Origin: Armatimonadota bacterium | GTDB taxonomy: Bacteria > Armatimonadota > Zipacnadia > Zipacnadales > UBA5352 | Reading direction: 5' to 3' | Length of the DNA: 29,603 bases | NCBI GenBank assembly: GCA_034722055.1 | Contig: JAYENL010000199.1 | Coordinates: 1-29,603, forward strand | Shown here: piece after piece, positions 15,653 through 24,810 of the stretch | Numbering within the stretch: position 1 is the stretch's first letter | Layout: every line of letters starts with the position of its first letter | Translations under genes and position numbers: made by a program | Notes under the pieces: model-generated | The model's database searches: none | What the model saw: the letters and a program-made list of their open reading frames with translations, nothing else | What the model was told of the DNA's origin: nothing

Positions 15653-17055
15653 GGGGCCTGCATCTGCACGATGTTGACGATGTCGATGTAGGTGATGACA
15701 ACGAAGAAGCCCAGGATGATGGCCACGCCGGCGACGGTCACGCCGATCTCGATCCGCTCGTTCACGCGGCGTCCGATGATGGCCTCAATCGCCAGCAGGA
15801 CGATCCGGAAGCCGTCGAACGGGGGGATGGGGAAGAGGTTGATGATGGCGAGGTTGGCGCTGATGATGCCCAGGATGGAGGCCACCGCCGTCCAGCCGAT
15901 CTGTGCGCGCTGGGCGGTGACGGCGGCGATCCCGACCGGTCCGGAGGCCTGGGGCGCCATCCGCCCCGTCATCATCTCGACCAGCCCCTTGGTCACCACG
16001 TGCACCGCTCCTATCGAGGCGAGCACCCCGTAGCCGATAGCGTCGGTGACCGGAATGCTGCGCATCTCCGGCGACAGGACGACGCCGACGCGCCCCACCT
16101 CCCGCACGACGATGTCCAGGCGCCCCTCCTCATCCTCCTCGGGGATCCGGGCCCTCTCTCTGCGCGGGACCACCCCGAGCTGCAGCCTCTGATCGCCGCG
16201 CCGGACTTTGAGAGCGATCCGCTCGCCGGGGCGCTCGGTGATGTGGGCCAGAGCCGTGTCCTGGCTCAGCGGCGCCAGGGCCAGGTCCAGGCGACTCTCA
16301 AGCTCGGGTCCGGCCTGGCCCGGGGTGGCCCGCTCCGGAAGGCCCTGCGGGACCGGGAGCGTCAGGTCCTCCTCCCCGATGCGGTCGCCGTTCTCGTTGT
16401 AGTGCGTCACCTCGATGGGAAGGGAGTCACGGCCGGCGTCCCGGGCCTGGATCATCGCCGCGAGCAGCTCGGGTGGAGTGTCCACGGGCTCGCCACCGGC
16501 GCGGGTGACGCGATCGTAGCGCTGCAGGCCCGCCCGCTGGGCCAGCCCCCCGCGGCCCACGTCGGCGATCATGAGGCTGTGCCGCATCCCGTCCATGGCC
16601 AGCACCTGGTCGCCGCGCCGCAGGCCGGCCGCCTCGGCGGGGCTGTCGGGGATGACCTTGGCGATGTTGACCTCATCGCTGGGGAAGACGGGAATGCCCG
16701 CCACGACCCCGATGGCGATGAAGGCCAGGGCGGCCAGCACCACGTTCATCACTGAGCCGGCCGCCAGCACCCCCGTGCCCATCCACCGGGGGAAGCTGTG
16801 GAAGCCGCGCTCCTGCCGCTCCGCGCCCGGCTCCATGCCCGTGATGCGCACGTAGCCCCCCAGCGGGACGGCGTTGATGCGGTACACGGTCTCGCCGCGG
16901 CGGAAGCCCCACAGCCGCCAGCCGAAGCCCAGCGCGAACTCCTCCACCTTCATGCCGATGAGCTTGGCGAGGGCGAAGTGCCCCAGCTCATGGAAGAAGA
17001 TGCAGGCGCCCAGCACCACCGCGATGCTGAGAATCCCGTTGATAGTCTCCTGCAT
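15649..17055 (-). CDS. rseP: RIP metalloprotease RseP (M50, PDZ-containing)
   Basis: HELGH zinc motif, PLGGYVRI, SGPVGI, NLFPIPPFDG; conserved position between dxr and ispG. Confidence 0.92.
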   Translation of the reverse strand: MQETINGILSIAVVLGACIFFHELGHFALAKLIGMKVEEFALGFGWRLWGFRRGETVYRINAVPLGGYVRITGMEPGAERQERGFHSFPRWMGTGVLAAGSVMNVVLAALAFIAIGVVAGIPVFPSDEVNIAKVIPDSPAEAAGLRRGDQVLAMDGMRHSLMIADVGRGGLAQRAGLQRYDRVTRAGGEPVDTPPELLAAMIQARDAGRDSLPIEVTHYNENGDRIGEEDLTLPVPQGLPERATPGQAGPELESRLDLALAPLSQDTALAHITERPGERIALKVRRGDQRLQLGVVPRRERARIPEEDEEGRLDIVVREVGRVGVVLSPEMRSIPVTDAIGYGVLASIGAVHVVTKGLVEMMTGRMAPQASGPVGIAAVTAQRAQIGWTAVASILGIISANLAIINLFPIPPFDGFRIVLLAIEAIIGRRVNERIEIGVTVAGVAIILGFFVVITYIDIVNIVQMQAP

Positions 17056-17149
17056 TCCGTCTGTGCTCCGTCTGCGTAACGCCCCGGGCGTGTCGGCCCG
17101 AGGTCGCGCGGTCAGGGCCCGGTTCCTGCCGGCCGTGTCGCCGGCGGTC

Positions 17150-18295
17150 TCAGAGCAGCCCGCGGACGTAGCGCCGCGCCCACTGGTCGGCCTCCTCTAC
17201 GTCCGCAAGGTCATGGGGCTCGAAGGGCTGATGCTCCTCCAGGGCCCGCTCGATCAGCTCCGGTATGCGCAGGAAGCCGATGCGCCCGTCCAGGAAGGCG
17301 CCGACTGCGACCTCGTCGGCGGCGTTGAGCACCGCCGGGTAGCTGCGGCCGGCGCGAGCCGCCGAGAAGGCGAGCCGCAGGCACGGGAAGCGCTCCGTGT
17401 CGGGCTCGGCGAAGGTCAGCGAGCCGATCTCCGGCAGGGACATGCGCGGCAGGTCATTCTCGAGCCGGTCGGGATACAGCAGCGCGAACTGGATCGGCAC
17501 CCGCATGTCCGGCAGCCCCATCTGGGCGATGGCCGAGCCATCCTGGAACTGCACCATGGAGTGGATGATGCTCTGATGGTGCACGACGACCTCGATCTGA
17601 CGCACCTCCACGCCGAACATCCAGCGGACCTCGAACACCTCAAAACCCTTGTTGGCGAGGGTGGCGGAGTCGATGGTCACCTTCTGACCCATCTGCCAGG
17701 TGGGGTGGTCGAGTGCCCGCTGAGGGGTGACGTTGTGCAGCTCCTCGGCGGAGAGATCCGAGAACGGGCCCCCGGAGGCGGTCAGCAGTATCTTCTCCAC
17801 CTCCGAGGAGCGCTCGCCGCGCAGGCACTGGAAGATGGCGGATATCTCGCTGTCGATGGGGAGCAGCAGCGCCCCGCTCTGCCGGGCGGTCTCGGTGACG
17901 ATGCGGCCGGCGGCCACCAGAGGCTCCTTGTTGGCCACCGCGCAGTCGATGCCCGCCTCCAGGGCCACCATGAGGGGGCGGAGGCCGGCGACGCCGGAGA
18001 TGGCCCCCACCACGAGGTCCGGCTCGCACGCCCCCACCAGCGCGCAGATTCCCGCCGCGCCAGCGAAGACTCGCGCCCCAGGGGCGGCGAGCCCTCCGGC
18101 GGCACGCTCATCGGCCAGGGCCAGCAGCGGCACGCTGAACTGCTCCGCCTGCTCCGCCAGGCGACGGCAGTTCCGCCCGGCCGCGAGTCCCACCACCTGA
18201 AGCCGATCGGGGTGAGCGCGAACCATCTCGAGCGTCTGCTCGCCGATGGAGCCCGTGGAGCCGAGGACGAGGACTCTCCTGGTCTGCTCGCTCAC
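17150..18295 (-). CDS. dxr: 1-deoxy-D-xylulose-5-phosphate reductoisomerase
   Basis: LGSTGSIG, ANKE, LPIDSE, LTASGGPF, HPTWQMGQKVTIDSAT, QSIIHSMV, PDMRVPI, LNAADEVAV. Confidence 0.96.
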   Translation of the reverse strand: MSEQTRRVLVLGSTGSIGEQTLEMVRAHPDRLQVVGLAAGRNCRRLAEQAEQFSVPLLALADERAAGGLAAPGARVFAGAAGICALVGACEPDLVVGAISGVAGLRPLMVALEAGIDCAVANKEPLVAAGRIVTETARQSGALLLPIDSEISAIFQCLRGERSSEVEKILLTASGGPFSDLSAEELHNVTPQRALDHPTWQMGQKVTIDSATLANKGFEVFEVRWMFGVEVRQIEVVVHHQSIIHSMVQFQDGSAIAQMGLPDMRVPIQFALLYPDRLENDLPRMSLPEIGSLTFAEPDTERFPCLRLAFSAARAGRSYPAVLNAADEVAVGAFLDGRIGFLRIPELIERALEEHQPFEPHDLADVEEADQWARRYVRGLL

Positions 18296-18328
18296 GGGCA
18301 GCCGCCTCCCCCGACACCGGACGGGCGG

Positions 18329-19048
18329 TCAGAACTCCGGCCAGATGTACCGCTCGGTGCGCTCGATCTCCGGGCCCGGCCCCGGCGCCCGCTCAACGGA
18401 GCCGGGAATCGGCTCGAAGGCGAAGCTGGCCGGGTGCTCGAGGTCCCGGCGGATCTCCCATTGGCGGTGGCGCTGATGCAGCCACAACTGCTTATCGACC
18501 TTCTCGACATGCCCATCATAATAGGCCATAGTAGCGTGTGGATGGAAGTACTCGTCCACCGCCAGCGGTATGAGGCCCTCACTGAGGTTGGCCTTGGAAT
18601 GACTGAGCAGCCTGCGGTCAAGATACAGGTACGAGACGGTTGAGTCCGTCGGATCGGACGGGCACTTGCGCGGATCCAGCTCGCCGCCCGGCTCCACGCG
18701 CAGGTCCTCCGCCCGCGGATTGTCGATGTAAGGCCAGATGGCCCTGTGCCAGTTGCGCGAGAGGGGGGCGGCGTCGTGGTCGATGGCGTACATGTCAATG
18801 GCCGCGGCCAGCTCCCGGAGCTTGGTCATACACTTGGCCTCATAGGTCGGCTCCCGTGCCTGCAGCAGAGCCGGCACCAGCATCGAGACCACGATGAGAA
18901 TGATAACCGGCGCCACGAGGAACTTGGCGGCCGTGAGCCACTTGCGGGTCCAGACTGCCTCGTGGCCGCGACCGAGCTCGCCGGGCTCCCCCTCGGTGTG
19001 ACTGGGCCTGACATCGCGCTCGCCGTGACCGGAACGATAGAACTGCAT
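18329..19048 (-). CDS. Pilin-like / DUF1559-type membrane-anchored protein
   Basis: VIILIVVSMLVPALLQARE...CMTKLRELAAAIDMYAIDHD...KCPSD...SY...HPHATMAYYDGHVEK. Lacks the G|FTLIELL prepilin cleavage site. Confidence 0.7.
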   Translation of the reverse strand: MQFYRSGHGERDVRPSHTEGEPGELGRGHEAVWTRKWLTAAKFLVAPVIILIVVSMLVPALLQAREPTYEAKCMTKLRELAAAIDMYAIDHDAAPLSRNWHRAIWPYIDNPRAEDLRVEPGGELDPRKCPSDPTDSTVSYLYLDRRLLSHSKANLSEGLIPLAVDEYFHPHATMAYYDGHVEKVDKQLWLHQRHRQWEIRRDLEHPASFAFEPIPGSVERAPGPGPEIERTERYIWPEF

Positions 19049-19124
19049 GGTGTCTCACCGTCCCGCGACGCGCCTGTTGAGATGGCCGGTGGTCGAGCGC
19101 CCCGCCACCCCTCACAGTAAGAGC

Positions 19125-19150
19125 CTTCGCCACGCGCCCTGCAGACTCCT
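19125..19150 (-). promoter_or_regulatory. Putative sigmaH-like promoter (AGGA-N18-GAAG)
   Basis: Minus strand AGG (19150-19148), 16 nt, GGCGAA (19131-19126), between rho and the pilin-like gene. Confidence 0.5.
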
Positions 19151-19195
19151 TGCCGCACGTGAAACGCCGGGCCCGCTGGCGGTGCGGATACGGTC

Positions 19196-20464
19196 CTATG
19201 AGCTGTTGCGGAACGTCTCCTTGGCCATGGCCATGAACTCCGCGTTGTCGGCCGTCTTCCTGATTCCGGAGATGAGGGTCTCCGTGGCGGCCTCCATGTC
19301 CATGGAGTGCAGGGCCTTGCGGAGCTGCCAGATGCTCTGCATCTCGTCGTCGTTGAACAGCAGCTCCTGATGACGCGTGCTCGACAGCTCGATGTTGATG
19401 GCGGGGAAGATGCCGCGGTCGGCGAGCTGGCGGGAGAGCACCAGATCCATGTTCCCGGTGGCCTTGAACTCCTCGAAGATCATGTCATCCATGCGGCTGC
19501 CCGTCTCCACCAGGATGGTGGCGAGGATGGTCAGGGAGCCGCCGTCCTCGATGTTGCGGGCGGCGCCGAAGAAGCGCTTGGGCCGGTAGAGGGCGGTGGG
19601 GTCCAGGCCGCCCGAGAGGGTGCGGCCGCTGGGCTCGACGGTGAGGTTGGATGCCCGGGCCAGGCGGGTGATGCTGTCGAGCAGCACCACCACGTGCTCG
19701 CCATGCTCCACCAGCCGCTTGCATCGGGCCTGCACCAGCTCCATGACGTTCATGTGGTCCTCGGGCATGCGATCGAAGGTGGAGGCGACGACCTCCCCGT
19801 CCACGGAGCGGTCGATGTCAGTGACCTCCTCGGGCCGCTCGTCGATCAGCAGCACGATCAGGCGCAGGTCATTGTAGTTGGCGGTCAGGGAGTTGGCGAT
19901 CTTCTTGATGATGGTGGTCTTGCCGGCCTTGGGCGGAGCCACGATGAGGCCTCGCTGGCCGCGGCCGATGGGCGTGATCAGGTCCATGAAGCGCCCGGTG
20001 ACGTTGTCCGGTCCGCTGGTCTCAAGCCGCAGGCGATCCTGGGGGTAGATGGGGATGAGGTCCTCGAACTGTGGCCGGTGGCGGGCCTCCTCAGGCTCCC
20101 GCTCGTTGATGGTCTGCACCCGCAACAGCGACCAGTAGCGTTCGTTCTCCTTGGGCGGCCGGACCGGGCCGGAGACGAGGTCGCCGGTGCGCAGGCCGAA
20201 GCGCTTGATCTGCGTGTCGGCCACGTAGATATCAGTCAGCGGCTTCTGCTTGCGCTCATCCACGCGCAAGAAGCCCCGGCTGTCGGGCATGATCTCCATG
20301 ATCCCGTAGCCGTGGCGATGGCCGTTCTCCTCGCTCTGCGCCACGAGTATCTTCAGGCACAGGTCGTGCTTCTTCAGCCCCGAGGTTTTATTGACGCCGA
20401 GGTCGTCGGCCATGTCCCGGAGCTCCTGGACGGTCTTCTCTTTCAGTTCAGCAAGATCGAGCAT
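19196..20464 (-). CDS. rho: Transcription termination factor Rho
   Basis: ELKEKTVQELR N-terminal domain, QIKRFGLRTGD, GRGQRGLIVAPPKAGKT P-loop, LIDERPEEVTD, LDSITRLARA, SGRTLSGG. ATG at 20464 after GAGGTG. Confidence 0.97.
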   Translation of the reverse strand: MLDLAELKEKTVQELRDMADDLGVNKTSGLKKHDLCLKILVAQSEENGHRHGYGIMEIMPDSRGFLRVDERKQKPLTDIYVADTQIKRFGLRTGDLVSGPVRPPKENERYWSLLRVQTINEREPEEARHRPQFEDLIPIYPQDRLRLETSGPDNVTGRFMDLITPIGRGQRGLIVAPPKAGKTTIIKKIANSLTANYNDLRLIVLLIDERPEEVTDIDRSVDGEVVASTFDRMPEDHMNVMELVQARCKRLVEHGEHVVVLLDSITRLARASNLTVEPSGRTLSGGLDPTALYRPKRFFGAARNIEDGGSLTILATILVETGSRMDDMIFEEFKATGNMDLVLSRQLADRGIFPAINIELSSTRHQELLFNDDEMQSIWQLRKALHSMDMEAATETLISGIRKTADNAEFMAMAKETFRNSS

Positions 20465-20504
20465 CTGTACATCGCACCTCGCGACGCGCCGCTGCGGCCA
20501 CGCC

Positions 20505-21062
20505 TCATTGGGATTGATACAGTTCCGGGCGGAGGACCCCGATGAACGGGAGATTGCGGTGTCGCTGGGCAAAGTCCAGTCCGTAGCCGACCACGAAGCG
20601 GTCGGGGATCTCGATCCCCACGTAGTCGGCCTCGAAGTCAACCGTCCGGCGTGCGGGCTTGTCAAGCAGGCAGCAGGTGCGAACGCTGGCCGCACCGCGC
20701 CCGGTCACGTGTCGCACCAGCCCCTGCAGCGTCTGGCCGGTGTCGAGAATGTCGTCCACGAGCACCACGTGCCTGCCCTCAACATCGAGGCTGAGGTCGG
20801 TCTGGATCTCGAGCCCCTCGCTGACGGTGCCCTCCCCGTAGCTGGAGGCGTTCATGAAGTCGATCTCCAGCGGGAAGTCCAGCCGCCTGACCAGGTCCGC
20901 CAGGAAGACGAAGGCGCCGTTGAGCACGCCCACCAGGATGGGCGACAGCTCACCCACGTCCTCGGTCAGCTCGCCCGCCAGTCGCTCCACGGCATCGCGG
21001 ATCTCGGCCTCCGTGGCGATGACCTCGGCGATGTCCTCGCGGGGCGAATGGGTGGTGGTCAT
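20505..21062 (-). CDS. hpt: Hypoxanthine phosphoribosyltransferase
   Basis: GVLNGAFVFLADL, ASSYG, VVLVDDILDTGQTL, LLDKP, FVVGYGLD, RNLPFIG. ATG at 21062, 1 nt after the guaA stop. Confidence 0.95.
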   Translation of the reverse strand: MTTTHSPREDIAEVIATEAEIRDAVERLAGELTEDVGELSPILVGVLNGAFVFLADLVRRLDFPLEIDFMNASSYGEGTVSEGLEIQTDLSLDVEGRHVVLVDDILDTGQTLQGLVRHVTGRGAASVRTCCLLDKPARRTVDFEADYVGIEIPDRFVVGYGLDFAQRHRNLPFIGVLRPELYQSQ

Positions 21063-21063
21063 G

Positions 21064-22629
21064 CTACTCCCACTCGATGGTTCCCGGCGGCTTGGAGGTG
21101 ATATCATAGACCACCCGGTTGACCCCACGGACCTCGTTGACGATGCGGTTGGAGATGCGCCCCAGCAGGTCGTGGGGCAGGTCCGCCCAGTCGGCGGTCA
21201 TGAAGTCGTCGGTGGTCACGACGCGCAGGATGATCGGGTGCTCATAGGTGCGGCCATCGCCCATCACGCCCACGCTGCGCATGGTGGCCAGGACCGCGAA
21301 CCACTGGGCCAGGCCGTCCACGCCGGCGGCGTCGATCTCCTCCCGGAGGATGGCGTCGGCCTCCCGCACCATCTCCAGCCGCTCCGGCGTCACCGCCCCG
21401 ATGATCCGCACCGCCAGCCCCGGCCCCGGGAAGGGCTGGCGCCAGACGATGCTCTCAGGCAGTCCCAGCTCCAGCCCCACCCGCCGCACCTCGTCCTTGA
21501 ACAGGGACCGGAGGGGCTCGATGTTCTCAACGAAGCGCATCTCCTCGGGCAGGCCGCCGACGTTATGATGGGTCTTAATGGTGGCGGTCTCGTCGCCGCC
21601 GCTCTCGATGACGTCGGGATAGAGGGTCCCGTGCGAGATGAACTTGAAGTCCCCCAGCCTCTCGGACTCTCTCTCGAAGGTGCGGATGAAGGTCTCGCCG
21701 ATGATGGCCCGCTTGCGCTCGGGATCATCGACCCCCCGGAGCCTCCCCAGGAAGGTCTCCGACGCGTCCACGAAGACGAAGCGGTCGCCCAGCCGGGGCC
21801 GGAAGGTCTCGATGACCTCCTCCGCCTCGTTCTTGCGCAGCAGCCCGTGGTCGATGAACATGCAGGTGAGCTGATCGCCGACGGCGCGGTCCATGAGCAT
21901 GGCGACCACCGAGGAGTCCACGCCGCCGGAGACGGTGCACAGCACCCGCTCGTCGCCGACACGCTCCCGAATCTCCGCCACCGCCTGCTCGATGAAGGAC
22001 TGGGTGCGCCAGGTGCCCTGGCAGCCGGCGATGTCATACAGGAAGTTGCGCAGGATCAGCGAGCCCTCCGGCGTGTGCTGCACCTCGGGATGGAACTGCA
22101 CCGCGCAGAGCCCGCGGTCGGGGTCCGCCATCGCCGCCACCGGGCTGTCCCCGGTCCTGGCCAGCAGGCGGAAGCCCTCCGGGACCTCCTCCACGCGGTC
22201 GCCGTGGCTCATCCAGCAGGTTGTGTGCCGCGGAACGCCCGCCATCAGCACGTCCGGATCCACGACCTCCAGCTCCGTGCGGCCGAACTCGCGGTGCTCG
22301 CCGGGGCGGACCTTCCCGCCCAGCGCGTGAGCCATGAGCTGGCATCCGTAACAGATTCCCAGCACCGGCACCCCGCACTCGAAGATAGCCGGGTCGTACT
22401 CGGGCGCGCCCTCCTCGTAGACGCTGGAGGGCCCTCCGGAGAGCACCAGGGCGGCTGGGTTGAGGGCTAACAGCTCCTCCGCCGGCGTGTCGCAGGGGGC
22501 GATCTCGGCGTACACGTTGTGCTCCCGGATGCGGCGCACGATGAGCTGGACGTACTGCGCGCCGAAGTCCAGTACGAGCACTCTCTCCTGCTGGGAGGGC
22601 AGTTGCGTCAGACGTGCTGCTCGGCTCAT
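21064..22629 (-). CDS. guaA: GMP synthase (glutamine-hydrolysing)
   Basis: [80 protein letters not shown]. Confidence 0.97.
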   Translation of the reverse strand: MSRAARLTQLPSQQERVLVLDFGAQYVQLIVRRIREHNVYAEIAPCDTPAEELLALNPAALVLSGGPSSVYEEGAPEYDPAIFECGVPVLGICYGCQLMAHALGGKVRPGEHREFGRTELEVVDPDVLMAGVPRHTTCWMSHGDRVEEVPEGFRLLARTGDSPVAAMADPDRGLCAVQFHPEVQHTPEGSLILRNFLYDIAGCQGTWRTQSFIEQAVAEIRERVGDERVLCTVSGGVDSSVVAMLMDRAVGDQLTCMFIDHGLLRKNEAEEVIETFRPRLGDRFVFVDASETFLGRLRGVDDPERKRAIIGETFIRTFERESERLGDFKFISHGTLYPDVIESGGDETATIKTHHNVGGLPEEMRFVENIEPLRSLFKDEVRRVGLELGLPESIVWRQPFPGPGLAVRIIGAVTPERLEMVREADAILREEIDAAGVDGLAQWFAVLATMRSVGVMGDGRTYEHPIILRVVTTDDFMTADWADLPHDLLGRISNRIVNEVRGVNRVVYDITSKPPGTIEWE

Positions 22630-22850
22630 GCTGTCAAGTCCCGAGTCGGTGCTGGCCTGAAACACGGGGTCTCAACGGCTGACGTCGGCTGTATCAGAGG
22701 CGGGTGCGACCGGTCTGCGTTGAACGTTCACTGGCCGGCTCCGCCAGATACGCAACTGTTGAGGACCGGCGCGGCATGCAAGGGAAAAAGCGCGGTAGAC
22801 AGCGCCAAGACTCGGAAAGGACCCACCGAGGAACTACGTCCTACGCGGCT

Positions 22851-22879
22851 ACTATAGCAACGCAGTCTCCACTTGTCAA
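22851..22879 (-). promoter_or_regulatory. Near-consensus sigma70 promoter of the guaA operon
   Basis: TTGACA (22879-22874), 17-nt spacer, TATAGT (22856-22851), with an extended -10 TG. Confidence 0.8.
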
Positions 22880-22919
22880 CGCCTCCTCCGAACTTTTTCG
22901 CAGCGCGGCGGTGAAGCGA

Positions 22920-23564
22920 CTACCATTCGACGGCCCACAGGCTCCAGCTCAGCGCCTCGCCGCCGTGGATGAAATCGGTGTCGCCTGCGATGAGGGAGCG
23001 GGCCGGCCGGTCCGAGGAGCGGAGCAGCAAGCCGCCGCTGCCCAGGGAGCGATCGGCCACGAGGAGGCCGAGCGCGGCGCCGGCGAGGACCTGGTCGAGA
23101 TCGTGATAGCCCTCCTCCACCCGCGCCCAGCCCACCGCTGAGGCGAAGCCGTAGAAGGCCGGCCAGCCATCGGATCGCCACTCGGTGATCGCCCGCGCAA
23201 AGCCGAAGGCTATCGCCGTGTGGCCGCTGGGGAAGCCGTCGTCCGCCGACGGCTCGCGGGGCCGAGACTCGTCCACCACCGCCTTGAGCGCCCCGGCGGC
23301 GGCGGCCGAGACGACGGCGGCGTCAAGCGCGCGCTCGCCACCGTCGGTAGTCTCATCGTCGCCCGACAGCAGCATGGCTGCGCTCGTGGCGCCGATGAGC
23401 TCCAGGGAGTGCTCGTTGAGCCAGCGCGCCACCGGGTCGCGGTCCCAGTCCTGAGCCGCCACGCCGCCCGCGGTGAGTACGACGAGCAGGAGAGACGCTG
23501 CGAGCTGGTAGTGCCGCCGCACTCGCCTGCACGATGCTGCGACAGGTGCGATCCTACCGATCAT
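22920..23564 (-). CDS. PAP2 family phosphatase
   Basis: [15 protein letters not shown] and [13 protein letters not shown] motifs; N-terminal hydrophobic signal-like segment. Start uncertain. Confidence 0.85.
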   Translation of the reverse strand: MIGRIAPVAASCRRVRRHYQLAASLLLVVLTAGGVAAQDWDRDPVARWLNEHSLELIGATSAAMLLSGDDETTDGGERALDAAVVSAAAAGALKAVVDESRPREPSADDGFPSGHTAIAFGFARAITEWRSDGWPAFYGFASAVGWARVEEGYHDLDQVLAGAALGLLVADRSLGSGGLLLRSSDRPARSLIAGDTDFIHGGEALSWSLWAVEW

Positions 23565-23852
23565 ATTGGACGACGGCCTCCGCCAGCACCCGTTCGCGGA
23601 AGTGAGGGCTGAGGTCCTCCGGCGTCCGCAGATCGACCTCGCGGCCCATGATCGCGCTCAGCTCGTCCTCCATGCGAACGATGCCGAACAGACCCGGCTC
23701 GTGGCCGGACTCGAACTCCACCAGGACATCCACATCGCTCTCGGGCCCGAAGTCGTTGCTGAGGATCGAGCCGAATACGGACAGGCGCCGGATCCGGTAC
23801 TTTCACAGAAGTCGGCGATGCGCTGGCTATCTATGTGGACCGCCGGCGTCAT
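23554..23852 (-). pseudogene. Frameshifted minimal nucleotidyltransferase (MNT/MntA-type antitoxin)
   Basis: [17 protein letters not shown], then in a shifted frame [82 protein letters not shown] (FGS...SDVD motif). One A is missing at about 23801-23803. Confidence 0.85.
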
Positions 23853-23868
23853 CGACAGCTCACGCCTC

Positions 23869-24705
23869 TCAGTCCAGCTTGCCTTGCTCCCGCTCCCGTT
23901 CGAGGTGCTTCTCGATGCGCTCCCGGGCCTCCTCGATGACCGGCTCCATCTGGGCCATGGTCCAGGTGCGCTCCTCCCAGCTCCGCTGCTCGACGGTCTC
24001 CAGGAAGGCCTCCATCTCCTCGAAGTAGGAGCCGTAGATGTGGAAGGAGTCCACCATGTGGTTGTACTGGCCCACGTGGATCTGGCGCCCCAGACGCTCC
24101 GAGAGTCGCTCGGCGACGAGGCGCTGCACCTCGGTGAATGCGTACATGTTCATGTAGGAGGCCTTGAATGCATCGTTGCTGCGCATGTGACAGGCCATGA
24201 CCAGGCGGTCGTCGAAGACCCGGAACCACATGCGCTGGAGGCAGGCCGGGTCATCGATGCCGGCGTCCTCCCAACACTTCCAGATGACCGCCTGCGCCCG
24301 GCGGGTGTGCGGAGCTCCAGCGAGGGCATCGACCACGTAGTCAAGCTGGTTGACGACGCGGCCGTCGGGGAGGGAGTAGGCCTCCAGGCGCTCGTGGTAG
24401 GTGTACTGCCACTTGCCGGCCTCGGGGTCGATCCAGTGGTCGTGGATGCCGTAGACGACCTCCTGGCGGTAGACCTCCAGATCGTAGATGCCGCCGGGCA
24501 GGGCGCGGTGGATGCGCGGCTCGGCGAAGGGATCGCGGACGGCAAGCGCCACCGAGACGTCGCGGCTGGGCGGGTCGCCCTCCCGATCGTACTGGGTGGG
24601 GATGGAGGCGCCCCGCTCCCAGCACTCGATGACGGCCCGCTCCCAGCCCTCGGCGAGAGTCGGGGCCTCAACGCACACCAGCGGAAGGTCGAACGAATCG
24701 GTCAT
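23869..24705 (-). CDS. thyA: Thymidylate synthase, archaeal-type/divergent ThyA family
   Basis: YTYHERL, TRRAQA, DPACLQ (catalytic Cys), MRSNDAFKASYMN (RSxD..N), SFHIY. Confidence 0.8.
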   Translation of the reverse strand: MTDSFDLPLVCVEAPTLAEGWERAVIECWERGASIPTQYDREGDPPSRDVSVALAVRDPFAEPRIHRALPGGIYDLEVYRQEVVYGIHDHWIDPEAGKWQYTYHERLEAYSLPDGRVVNQLDYVVDALAGAPHTRRAQAVIWKCWEDAGIDDPACLQRMWFRVFDDRLVMACHMRSNDAFKASYMNMYAFTEVQRLVAERLSERLGRQIHVGQYNHMVDSFHIYGSYFEEMEAFLETVEQRSWEERTWTMAQMEPVIEEARERIEKHLEREREQGKLD

Positions 24706-24810
24706 GTGATTCCACCTGGGAAGGAGTGTCGCGGCTTCCGGCTGCGTGGCTGCGCATACTTTGGGCGCCCGCCGCCGGGATTCCTTCCCGGGCCCCCGGA
24801 ATCCGTGCGG

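Noticed and set aside
22630..22845. Canonical purine riboswitch upstream of guaA
   Set aside because: The core motifs (ATATGG loop, TTTCTACC junction, CCGTAAA loop) are not present in order.
23500..23564. Possible HEPN (DUF86) N-terminal remnant ([15 protein letters not shown]) after the MNT gene
   Set aside because: Too short and degenerate to support by eye.
23795..23810. Programmed -1 ribosomal frameshift in the MNT gene
   Set aside because: There is no X-XXY-YYZ slippery heptamer at TGTGAAAGT; a simple deletion or sequencing error is more parsimonious.
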